Source of the DNA: Candidatus Micrarchaeota archaeon
GTDB lineage: Archaea; Micrarchaeota; Micrarchaeia; Anstonellales; Bilamarchaeaceae
Assembly: GCA_043827025.1 (NCBI GenBank)
Contig: JBDRPL010000009.1
Coordinates: 4,075 to 68,074 of the forward strand
DNA: 64,000 bases
Direction of reading: 5' to 3'
Of the stretch, positions 55,586-64,000 are shown piece after piece. The position numbers and the translations under genes were made by a program. The first letter of the stretch is position 1; the number at the start of each line of letters is the position of its first letter. Below the pieces are notes generated by a model. That model was not told the DNA's origin. It did no database searches and saw only the letters and a list, made by a program, of their open reading frames with translations.

Positions 55586-57124
55586 ATGTTGGGCGGAAAA
55601 TTGCATCTAAGCAAAATCAAGAACGTGGATCTTGCAAGGAGGAATCTTCTTGTGCATCCTCCTGAGCCCCCTATAGAGATAGTGTTTCCCGACCCGCTCA
55701 ATTCCGTTTATGTGGGAAGAACAAAGATATTTAATGTTCCTTTTTACTGGTCCTATGAAAATGTTGCAAATCCGCACATTGCAGTGGTAGGTATCTCAGG
55801 TTCAGGTAAAAGTTATTTCATAAAAACCTTTCTTCTTAGGTCATCCTACGTATGGAATGCGAACGCACTTATAATCGATTGGGCTGGGGAGTATAAGGAC
55901 TGGGTAAGGCAGACTGGCGGGAAAATCATCTCTCTGGGAAAAGGCTCGTTTCTCAACCTTCTTGATCTTGGAGGCATGAAGCCGTATAATAGGATAAAAC
56001 AGATAATGAGGACCCTTGGTATACTTACAGATATTGATCAATATCCTGAGCAAAAAAGGCTGACAGAACAGGCTTTGGAAAAAGCATACATAAAGGCAAA
56101 ATACAAGATGGATCGGAATGACCAGAAGGATGAGCTGGGAAAAGGCCTTACGCCCCCGACTTTAAGAGACGTTGTCAATGAACTGAAGGAGCAGGCGACT
56201 CTGGGCACATATGAATTCCCTGCTGAACTCGAGAATGCTATTTACAGATTAAAACAATTCACTAGAAGCGGAGAGGATTTCTTTGCGCAGCAGAGCACAG
56301 TTTCGCTTGATGAAATAACTACTTCCGGCCTTGTTGATCTTGATTTGTCTGGTTTGCCTGATGAAACCTTTAGGGCATTAGGCGCACTTACTATCCTACA
56401 GTTCCTTAAGGAGAAGATGAGGCTGACAGGATGGGAATCCAAAAAAGGAGTGAAATTTATAATCGTGCTTGATGAGGCTTGGAAAATAGCTGGTGATGAG
56501 AAGAGTGATGCAGTCATGATAATAAGAGAGGGCCGTAAATATAATTTCTGCATGATAGTGGCATCCCAAAATCCTACAGACATCAATGAGGCCATTTTTT
56601 CCAACGTTGGAACAACATTCATCTTGAAGATAAAGTTCGATAAGTATCTGGATTATTTACAATCTACATTAAACTTCAGCAATTATATGCGAAATGCAAT
56701 CTCGAAATTCGGTGTAGGGGAATGTGCAGTCAATATGGCCTTTACTACGCCCACCCAATATCCCCCAACATTCCTGATCAGTAAAATCGAAGGTGAAGAG
56801 CCTGCAGAGGAATATTTCCTTGACTTAGAACTGGCACTTACTCCTGAGCAGAAGAAAAAGATGGAATTCAATACGAGGGTGGCATTCCTTAAGAAAGAGC
56901 TTACAAGGAAACTCGTGCAATATGGTTTGAATCTTGACAAGGTCAAAGAAACGATTTCTGCATTTGAGAAGGAGAAACGGCACCTAGGAGTAGTTAAATT
57001 TGTCATTATGCTTGAGAGGTATGGTATAGCAAGGCAAAACATCTCAAAGCTTCTGAAGGAATCAGGGCTTGACGATCGTGTAATAATCAGTATTTTTGCA
57101 AAAGCCAGAAGCGGAGGTGTCTGA
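55586..57124 (+). CDS. VirB4/TraB/HerA-superfamily secretion ATPase with extra C-terminal helical domain
   Basis: PHIAVVGISGSGKS Walker A, IIDWAGEY, IVLDEAW Walker B, REGRKY, ASQNPTD. Confidence 0.88.
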   Translation: MLGGKLHLSKIKNVDLARRNLLVHPPEPPIEIVFPDPLNSVYVGRTKIFNVPFYWSYENVANPHIAVVGISGSGKSYFIKTFLLRSSYVWNANALIIDWAGEYKDWVRQTGGKIISLGKGSFLNLLDLGGMKPYNRIKQIMRTLGILTDIDQYPEQKRLTEQALEKAYIKAKYKMDRNDQKDELGKGLTPPTLRDVVNELKEQATLGTYEFPAELENAIYRLKQFTRSGEDFFAQQSTVSLDEITTSGLVDLDLSGLPDETFRALGALTILQFLKEKMRLTGWESKKGVKFIIVLDEAWKIAGDEKSDAVMIIREGRKYNFCMIVASQNPTDINEAIFSNVGTTFILKIKFDKYLDYLQSTLNFSNYMRNAISKFGVGECAVNMAFTTPTQYPPTFLISKIEGEEPAEEYFLDLELALTPEQKKKMEFNTRVAFLKKELTRKLVQYGLNLDKVKETISAFEKEKRHLGVVKFVIMLERYGIARQNISKLLKESGLDDRVIISIFAKARSGGV

Positions 57125-57125
57125 A

Positions 57126-57425
57126 TTGACAAACAGCATAAAGATGCTCAAGGATGATTTCAGGAGACGGCTAAGAGCATATGGTCTTTCAGAAGAAAGG
57201 ATGGAAGAGGCATCAAGGCTTTTTGAAAGGAACAATAGCCATGTGGATGTAATTTCATTTGTTCTCATGCTTGAGCGATTTGGAGTTTCAAGACGAGACA
57301 TCCGCGATTTTCTCAAGGAAGCGGGCATAGATGACATCACACTTATAAATGTCTTTGGAAAAGTAGACATCAAGAAAAGCGATTTTTCCAGCAGTGGCAT
57401 AACTCAGGTAGTCCTGGAGGATTGA
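57126..57425 (+). CDS. Small protein paralogous to the ATPase C-terminal domain
   Basis: GGAGGTG RBS before TTG 57126; gapless alignment to the ATPase tail with 30/74 identities counted by hand. Confidence 0.8.
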   Translation: MTNSIKMLKDDFRRRLRAYGLSEERMEEASRLFERNNSHVDVISFVLMLERFGVSRRDIRDFLKEAGIDDITLINVFGKVDIKKSDFSSSGITQVVLED

Positions 57426-57427
57426 AC

Positions 57428-57811
57428 ATGAAAGTCTGCATCATATGCGAAAAAGAAGTAAAAGGCTCGAATTCAGGGGCGAAGAAGGTAAAGATAGATG
57501 TGGTCATCAAAGCCATCAGGTCTATGAAGTCTTTTTTGAAGGTGGCAAAGAACAATGGACTGTATGTGTGCAAGAAAGATTTTGAGTCTTACAGGAAGAA
57601 AAGGGAGAAATTTGAAAGAGATATGGTGCTTGTTTCAGCCATTGCCGCGATAGTTGTATTAGTATTGATAGGAATCCCGCTTCTTTCAGGGCGACTCAAT
57701 CTTCTTGATGTGTTTGCCTCTCTGTTCCTGGGGGTGCTTTTGCTTGCCTTTGGAGTTATCTTTAGATACACGCCTGCAATAGAAGGCGCAGGAAAAATCA
57801 AGGGTGTTTGA
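57428..57811 (+). CDS. Two-TM protein with N-terminal Cys motif
   Basis: CIIC...YVC soluble part followed by two hydrophobic helices; GGAGG RBS. Confidence 0.8.
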   Translation: MKVCIICEKEVKGSNSGAKKVKIDVVIKAIRSMKSFLKVAKNNGLYVCKKDFESYRKKREKFERDMVLVSAIAAIVVLVLIGIPLLSGRLNLLDVFASLFLGVLLLAFGVIFRYTPAIEGAGKIKGV

Positions 57812-57812
57812 C

Positions 57813-58544
57813 ATGGTTGACCAGAAAAGAATGGGGGAACCTTCAGTAGGCGGGTTCAAGATAAAAGGCGTGGTGCTGAAAAAATCTTTGAGTAACGTGG
57901 CCGAGATTTTGAGGACAGTTTCATTTTTGGAAGTTGCTCTTGGAACAGACAAGGTGAATGCAGCTTATGTAGAAAGTAAGGATATCAACAACAATCCTTA
58001 TCTTTTTTCGATAATCCAGATAAGTAAGAATGAAGTTGAAGTTATATATTCCATTACTCCTGAAATTTCTCCTGCTAAAAGAAAGATGGATGTGATAAGG
58101 TATTTCCTGAATATCCTCAGCCTTGTGGGCGAATATTATTCAGTGGACAATAAAGTAGTCTATCAGCTCATCGAAGAATCGCTCACTTCAATTGCAGAAT
58201 CTGTGACTCTTGATTATTCTAAGCTTTATACCTCTTATGACAGCCTTAAGGCAGAGGCTGATACTCTCAGGAAGAAAAATGAGAGGATGAAGGATGAGAT
58301 TCAGGCGCTGAACAATAGGAATTTTGAGCTCAAATCGAAAAATGATGAACTTTCGCTTGTGGTTAATGAATTTGAGGGGCTTTCAGATGAGGCGATTATG
58401 GCAAGGCTTCAGAATTGGGTGCTAGAGCATGATGGTGAAGTGAATGTATATGAGTTCGCAAAGGTGAACAAGGTAATCGAGACAAGGGTAGAATCAGCAC
58501 TGAACAAGCTCGTGAGCGAAGGTTACCTGGAGCTCCTGAAATAA
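57813..58544 (+). CDS. Coiled-coil protein with C-terminal winged helix
   Basis: Heptad stretch YDSLKAEA...VVNEF; C-terminal VNVYEFAK...VESALNKLVSEGYL. Confidence 0.75.
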   Translation: MVDQKRMGEPSVGGFKIKGVVLKKSLSNVAEILRTVSFLEVALGTDKVNAAYVESKDINNNPYLFSIIQISKNEVEVIYSITPEISPAKRKMDVIRYFLNILSLVGEYYSVDNKVVYQLIEESLTSIAESVTLDYSKLYTSYDSLKAEADTLRKKNERMKDEIQALNNRNFELKSKNDELSLVVNEFEGLSDEAIMARLQNWVLEHDGEVNVYEFAKVNKVIETRVESALNKLVSEGYLELLK

Positions 58545-58559
58545 ACTAGAAGGATTGCT

Positions 58560-61115
58560 ATGGTGGATGTTACAAAACTCAGGATTTCAAAGAAATCGTA
58601 CAGGTTCGAGGTAAAGAAGAAATTCGAAAATGCCCAAATCTACAAGCCAGTCAAACGCAGCCTAGGCGAGCAGTTGAAGAATTCACTTTCAAAGATGTTC
58701 AAGCCAAAGCCAAAGCCCAAAGCAGTAGTAGGTTTTATTACTCCACCCAGTGCCCATCATGGATTCAATTTCAAGCTTCTTTTTGGAGCAATAATCATTG
58801 CTTTCATTTTAGTATATGCCGGCTTTGCATTTTATGTCCAGACAATCTCCTCTTTCAACGAGCCTGTTAAAGTCATTGTAAGGGGTTATTTTGATAGTTC
58901 CATTGTTGACAAGGGAATCATAACTGCAGGAGATAGGACTAATAGCAAAAACATAGGCTATGTCCGCCTTGACCATAAGTCCTCTAATATTGATAGTTAT
59001 AGTGTTAACATCTCCGTTTATGATCAGTATCTGCCATCTGAGATATTCGTACTTGACAGTGCAAGATATCAGGCAGATTCGTTTGATGAATTCTTTTTTG
59101 ACCTTAAGAATGATCTCTATTCTATGGGGATGCATGTGACCAAGATTTCGATAAAAGACCTCCATTCCATGCCTGCAGGCGCCATGATCATCGTACCTTC
59201 AGGCCAGATACCAGAGGAGTTCCTTGGGGATTCAGGGCTTCTCAAAAGCCTTACTTCAAAAGGCTCAGTCATAATTTATATTGGAAACAACTTTGACCAA
59301 ATGTTACGCACCTCTTCAGATGGCCAGGGCGTTGTTGTCAAGACTCCTGATGCCCTAAAAACAAACTCCGTAGGATTCACTGCCTCAAGGCCGACATGTT
59401 CTGGTCTTGGGCTATATGATTCATTATATGATGTCAGAGGTTCATCTTCTCTTTATGGTTGTGTGAGCCTGATCAAATATGGCCAGGGTAACATATTATT
59501 CCTTCCTCAAACCCTTGATTCAGGATGGATCTCTAATGGAAGCCCTGACCCAGCTCTTGCATCAAAAGACATATCCAAGATAATTTATGATGCTGCATGG
59601 CTGAAACCCTCTATTGAAAACAAATATTATTATTTCAACAAATCAGAAGATGGTATTACTGATTTTTTCACCAATACTTTTGATGGTGATGATAAATATG
59701 TCCGCTTTGAGATACGAAGCTATTCAAGCAACATAATGTTCCTTGATGTGCGTACACTTCACCTTGCTAAGAATGTAAATGGGGATCTGACAACTGAAGG
59801 GGGATATATTGTTTCAGTAGAACAAACAGATTCCAGAATCAGGATGCATGCCGACCTCAAGGATCCAAAGCCTGAAGAGAAACAACTCTATTTTGTTATC
59901 ACAAAGAATGGTGAATTTGTTGGTGAAAGGACTCCATTTTCAAGAGGTCCTGTAAGTACGATAACTCCTGTTTCAGGAGATGTTTCAGTTGCCCTTGATT
60001 CCGGGGAATATATTGCAGAGCTTGTGGATGACGAAAGTTATGTGTATGCGAAATCTTACCTCAAGGTCGTTTTTCTAGATATAGCGTACACAGGTACAAA
60101 CAACCTGCGGACAATAGCTGGTTTCTCCATTAAGAAAGATGGAAAGCCTTTCAAGGTGACAAGCGAGTTCAAGGTGAGTGCTGACAATGGAAAATTCGGC
60201 ACATACACCTTTAAGGATGTTTCTGATGTGGAAGTTGATGTTTCCAAATATGTTCCTGACGGCCTTCCGAGTGGGGAGCATATATTTACATTTACCATAG
60301 GTAATGTGAAAAAAGATGTCACTGCCCAGACCTTCGGAAGCGCGTGCGTTGGCATATTCTGCAAGGCGGAATTCATAATTGTTGTTGTTTTGGCAGTAGG
60401 AATATTCATTCTTGGATATTACTTTGCAAAGAAAGACAAGCCAATATATCAGATAGATATACCTGATTTCCCTCCTATTATCAGGAGCAAAGTTCCTCTT
60501 AGGACTTCAGAAGTGCTTGAGCTTTTCAATAAGGTCAATGAGGATTACAAATGGAACCACAGCCCGCTTACGATTACTGAGTTCAAGGAAAGTTTCAAGA
60601 CTATCTACCATGGAGGCATGTCATTGAATATAACTGATTTCAATGCAGAATATGTTCTTGATTCGCTTATTTCAAGAGGCCTCGTGAAGGAATGCCTTGA
60701 TTATTATGCACCTTCTTCATGGGAACTGGCTTCTAAGAAAACAACTGTTTATCTTGCTATATTCAGGAAGATAAGGGATATTTGTGTTAATAATGCTGTT
60801 CCTTTCACCCGGATGGGTGAAGTGAAGTCCTGCGACACAAAAATTACTACGGTAGGCCAGGAAATGCTTGTCCATATCTGGTCCGAAAGCGGAGGCAGTT
60901 TACCTGCATTCTTTAAGAATCTCCTGAAGTCATCAAGGGATGGCATAAATCTTGTCATTTTCAAAGACATTGTCTCAAAAGAAGCGTTTTATTCATATCT
61001 GCTTTCGCCAAACCCGCCTATTCTTCTTGTGAAAATGGCTGTTGAGAACGGATCTATACAGTTGATGACTGTTGATGAGTTTGAGAAGATGGTCAAGGAC
61101 TTGAAGTTCGTCTAG
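58560..61115 (+). CDS. Large membrane protein: two TM helices enclosing a ~500-aa beta-rich domain, plus a cytoplasmic C-terminal domain
   Basis: TM near aa 72-93 and aa 607-625; last gene of the co-oriented cluster. Confidence 0.8.
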   Translation: MVDVTKLRISKKSYRFEVKKKFENAQIYKPVKRSLGEQLKNSLSKMFKPKPKPKAVVGFITPPSAHHGFNFKLLFGAIIIAFILVYAGFAFYVQTISSFNEPVKVIVRGYFDSSIVDKGIITAGDRTNSKNIGYVRLDHKSSNIDSYSVNISVYDQYLPSEIFVLDSARYQADSFDEFFFDLKNDLYSMGMHVTKISIKDLHSMPAGAMIIVPSGQIPEEFLGDSGLLKSLTSKGSVIIYIGNNFDQMLRTSSDGQGVVVKTPDALKTNSVGFTASRPTCSGLGLYDSLYDVRGSSSLYGCVSLIKYGQGNILFLPQTLDSGWISNGSPDPALASKDISKIIYDAAWLKPSIENKYYYFNKSEDGITDFFTNTFDGDDKYVRFEIRSYSSNIMFLDVRTLHLAKNVNGDLTTEGGYIVSVEQTDSRIRMHADLKDPKPEEKQLYFVITKNGEFVGERTPFSRGPVSTITPVSGDVSVALDSGEYIAELVDDESYVYAKSYLKVVFLDIAYTGTNNLRTIAGFSIKKDGKPFKVTSEFKVSADNGKFGTYTFKDVSDVEVDVSKYVPDGLPSGEHIFTFTIGNVKKDVTAQTFGSACVGIFCKAEFIIVVVLAVGIFILGYYFAKKDKPIYQIDIPDFPPIIRSKVPLRTSEVLELFNKVNEDYKWNHSPLTITEFKESFKTIYHGGMSLNITDFNAEYVLDSLISRGLVKECLDYYAPSSWELASKKTTVYLAIFRKIRDICVNNAVPFTRMGEVKSCDTKITTVGQEMLVHIWSESGGSLPAFFKNLLKSSRDGINLVIFKDIVSKEAFYSYLLSPNPPILLVKMAVENGSIQLMTVDEFEKMVKDLKFV

Positions 61116-61154
61116 ATATTAATTTTCAAAGAAAGAGGATATAAAAAAATTAAT

Positions 61155-61904
61155 TTATTTCTTCCACTTAATCAATTGTTCAAGCCTTTCCTTGTCAAGG
61201 AAATCCATTTCGTTGTTGCACTTCGTGCATTTGAAGCTGGATTCACTTGCGCTTTCGAATGGTGTGATGCTTTCCATTCCGCAGTCGGTGCAGAAATAGT
61301 GGTCTCCGCTTTCAAGGTATTCCTTATGTTTGCTTTCAATGCTTCCAACGACCCAGTTTTTTATTCTTGCCCTGTTCAATTTCCAGCTGTAAGAATACCA
61401 TCCAGTTTCACTGTCCTTATCTCTGAAATAACTTACCAATCCTGTGCTATGCAATTTGTTTAATGTTGCACGAACGTCGCTTATTTTTATCTTCAGTTTC
61501 TTTGCAATATCATCGTCACTTGGATGTCCTTTGAAATTCCTAACTATTTCCAATGAGTTTTCTCCTGCAAGATCTATGAGCAATTGTCTGGCATATGCAT
61601 CCTGCAAAACTACGTTCAATCTATCTATTTCCATCAGCTCGAGCTTGTCCCTCTCCCTTTGCAATGTCCTTTCATCCGGCATTTTTGGAGGTTCTGGCTT
61701 CTTAAGAATCGCCTTTCCTTTTACAAGCTTCAGGTTTTTTGATGTTTTAGCCTTGATCTTTACAGCCTTTACGATTTTGATAACGTTTTTCTTTGCTGGT
61801 TTTGCCTTTAGCTTTGTTTTAATTGCCCTTACTTTCGCCACGCTCTTTCCAGTTGCCTTTTTGCTTGTTTTTTGTTTTGATTTGGATTTAGATTTAATAG
61901 CCAA
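61155..61904 (-). CDS. tfe: Transcription factor E (TFIIE-alpha) with Lys-rich N-terminal extension
   Basis: DDIAKKLKIKISDVRATLNKL wHTH, RDKDSETGWYSYSW, CTDC...CTKC zinc ribbon; TTG 61904 after AGGTGA. Confidence 0.93.
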   Translation of the reverse strand: MAIKSKSKSKQKTSKKATGKSVAKVRAIKTKLKAKPAKKNVIKIVKAVKIKAKTSKNLKLVKGKAILKKPEPPKMPDERTLQRERDKLELMEIDRLNVVLQDAYARQLLIDLAGENSLEIVRNFKGHPSDDDIAKKLKIKISDVRATLNKLHSTGLVSYFRDKDSETGWYSYSWKLNRARIKNWVVGSIESKHKEYLESGDHYFCTDCGMESITPFESASESSFKCTKCNNEMDFLDKERLEQLIKWKK

Positions 61905-62051
61905 TTTACTCACCTTGCATTCATAATTACGCAATTTTCATATTTAAACCTTTGTATTCACGCCGGAGAAAATGGTCTAAAAACACAGTTTTTTATGAAA
62001 AACAACGGTTTGAGCTGTTTGTTATAAACGGAGGTTTATAATTCCCTATTT

Positions 62052-62669
62052 CTATTTCTTGTTCTTGGCCAAAACCCAGAACTGTTTTTCTCCACCTAGT
62101 TTGAGTATTTTGCTCCACATTATCTCAAAACCAGCATCTTCAATGAGTTTGGATGTCTTTTTGGGACTGTAAAAACTCCAAAACATTGGCACTCCTAGGT
62201 AATCCTTTTCATATCCCTCCCATCCGTTTGCGTCAATTCCAGAAGCATTGATGAATATAATCGCATTAGGTTTGAGGATCTTGTGGAGTTTTTTATATAT
62301 CCTCTCATGTTTTTTACGAGGTATGTGGATCAAAGCATAGAAAGAAACTGCTCCGTCGAAAGAATTCAGCCTGAATCTCATCTTTGTTGCATCCATTCTT
62401 ATAAATTTGGCCTTTGGAACATTTTTTTTGGCAAGTTTGATCATGCCATGTGCAAAATCTATGCCCACTACGCAATATCCCTTCTCAATAAGAAACTTGG
62501 CTATTGGAATGCCTGCACCACAACCCAGATCAAGAACCTTGCCCTTTGGAAGTTGTTTTGAGAATTTAGCTAACAGAGCATTGTTTTTGTATCTGCCTCG
62601 CTGTTCATGATATATTTTAGCAATTTTCGTATATCCTTTACGAACAAGTTCAGATTTTGGTTTTGACAT
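62052..62669 (-). CDS. Class I SAM-dependent methyltransferase
   Basis: VLDLGCGAG, GIDFA, FDGAVSFYALIH. Confidence 0.92.
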   Translation of the reverse strand: MSKPKSELVRKGYTKIAKIYHEQRGRYKNNALLAKFSKQLPKGKVLDLGCGAGIPIAKFLIEKGYCVVGIDFAHGMIKLAKKNVPKAKFIRMDATKMRFRLNSFDGAVSFYALIHIPRKKHERIYKKLHKILKPNAIIFINASGIDANGWEGYEKDYLGVPMFWSFYSPKKTSKLIEDAGFEIMWSKILKLGGEKQFWVLAKNKK

Positions 62670-62728
62670 AGTTTTCGATTGTATGTATAAGGGCCATCTT
62701 TTAATAATCTTTCAAACCATCTTTTTTC

Positions 62729-63319
62729 ATGCCAATCGAGTCTGATGTCTTTGATTCTGTTTACGAGCCTGCGGAAGACACCTACTTGCTGGAGAAACAT
62801 GCAAGGAATCTCAAAGGCAGAGTCCTTGAAATTGGGTGCGGTTCAGGCTATGTTGCAATCTCGAATGCGAAAAACAATCCTGATAATGAAGTGATCGGCG
62901 TTGACATCAATAAGGAAGCAGTTAGAAATGCCATTCATAATGCCAAGAAAAACAACGTAATGAATGCCCATTTCTTCTACAGTAATCTCTTTTCAAAAGT
63001 GAAAGGTAAGTTCGATGCCATATTCTTCAACCCCCCGTACCTGCCGACTGAAAAAAGTGATAAGGTCAAGGGCGAACTGAATAAGGCGTTTGACGGGGGA
63101 AAGGACGGCCGGCTAGTTTTAGACAGATTCCTATCCAAGTTCGATAAGTATTTGAAGAAAGACGGCACTCTATTGCTAGTACAAAGCTCTCTAAATAATA
63201 AAGACAAGTCAATCCAAATTCTGTCAAAAAAAGGCTTTAAGGCCGATGTCATCGACCAGCAAAGCTTCTTTTTTGAGACATTGTTTGTCTTAAGGTCGGA
63301 AAAAAAATCCAGTCATTAG
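62729..63319 (+). CDS. HemK2/PrmC-family N5-glutamine methyltransferase
   Basis: VYEPAEDTYLL, LEIGCGSG, FNPPYLP, FDGGKDGR. Confidence 0.93.
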   Translation: MPIESDVFDSVYEPAEDTYLLEKHARNLKGRVLEIGCGSGYVAISNAKNNPDNEVIGVDINKEAVRNAIHNAKKNNVMNAHFFYSNLFSKVKGKFDAIFFNPPYLPTEKSDKVKGELNKAFDGGKDGRLVLDRFLSKFDKYLKKDGTLLLVQSSLNNKDKSIQILSKKGFKADVIDQQSFFFETLFVLRSEKKSSH

Positions 63320-63321
63320 AA

Positions 63322-64000
63322 CTATGCCCATATTCTACGTTGATGGCTCAGAATCTTTTGGACTTCCTCAGTTAATTCTCGTTGTACTCCTGAATTTGGA
63401 TCACACACTATTCTTCGAAGTGCCGCTAGTTCTTCTTCAGATCTAAAGGTACATACTAGCTCACTAAGAATGCCATCAGCCCTATTCGTCCCTGTCCAAT
63501 ATGCATGCTGAATTGCACTGCTCAAAAGGGTTAGCCTTGCATCTAATGTTTCCATTGGGTGTTCTTTTGAAAGCAAAGCAACTGCTTGTGCCATTGCTGT
63601 TAAGAGGGGATAAAGCCTATTGTTATGCCACATGCCATTATTTCTTGCAAGACGTTCTGCAGTTCTTGCAAATTCCACAGTTATGTCTGGTGCAAGCACA
63701 TATCCTTTTTTCTCATCGTACTTGGTAAACATTTCTCCAGAAATAGGAAGAATGTGTTGAGTACTTAATCTTAATTTAGCAAGAACTGCTACATTTCCAA
63801 TGTCTTGAGGCATTGATTCAAACCTGGGGTCTGCAAGAAGATGAACATTTCTAAGAAGTATCTGAAGTTGTGCTCTAAGAACTGCAGTTTCAAAAACATC
63901 ATAGTGGCCATCATGTCTAGGATCATTCTTTCTATTATTTGTGTGGGATTGGGCAAAAGCACAATTTTGTGCTATACCTCCAAGTACCTCAAAAAATTTG
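63322..64000 (-). CDS. Hypothetical orphan protein, partial (frame open to window end)
   Basis: The 63322-63813 frame has no stop between 63814 and the window edge. Confidence 0.65.
   Translation of the reverse strand, partial: KFFEVLGGIAQNCAFAQSHTNNRKNDPRHDGHYDVFETAVLRAQLQILLRNVHLLADPRFESMPQDIGNVAVLAKLRLSTQHILPISGEMFTKYDEKKGYVLAPDITVEFARTAERLARNNGMWHNNRLYPLLTAMAQAVALLSKEHPMETLDARLTLLSSAIQHAYWTGTNRADGILSELVCTFRSEEELAALRRIVCDPNSGVQRELTEEVQKILSHQRRIWA

Noticed and set aside
693-61115. Genome-wide reassignment of TAG to an amino acid
   Set aside because: Conserved genes (eif2g, M24 peptidase, thyX) end at TAG at the expected length.
61980-62040. Short inverted repeats including TATAAAC-GGAG-GTTTATA
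   Set aside because: AT-rich and consistent with an ordinary terminator or promoter between co-oriented genes.
1-64000. CRISPR array, rRNA, integrated virus
   Set aside because: No regularly spaced repeats, rRNA signatures, integrase, capsid or terminase genes seen.

Overview
Gene-dense archaeal chromosomal window, most likely a DPANN-type organism and probably Micrarchaeota. This is an inference from the archaeal informational genes (eIF2-gamma, rpS6e, aCPSF1, psmB, TFE, Sec61-beta), the multi-intron tRNAs and the many lineage-specific orphans. Housekeeping blocks are interspersed with orphans, TA modules (VapBC, HicBA), Cys-rich surface proteins, and one intact 681-bp IS200-like element whose exact ends can be read because it splits a host gene in frame. 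Three tRNA genes are all intron-containing: Ser-GCT (37/38), Trp-CCA (15/16 and 37/38), Leu-TAA (37/38 and 59/60). The strongest candidate for an undescribed system is a six-gene operon (54758-61115) with a split VirB3/VirB4-like membrane protein plus ATPase, a duplicated helical module, a coiled-coil/winged-helix protein and a large two-TM protein, with no relaxase or integrase nearby. Other candidates: a secreted protein with outer-membrane beta-barrel patterning (50052-50720), a polytopic-membrane-fused tandem AAA+ ATPase, a SerK-like kinase/BASS transporter/class V aminotransferase cluster, a divergent PurD-like ATP-grasp/metallopeptidase pair, and three orphan ORFs each broken by one in-frame TAG. 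No CRISPR array or rRNA was seen. All family calls come from motif recognition by eye; no searches were run.
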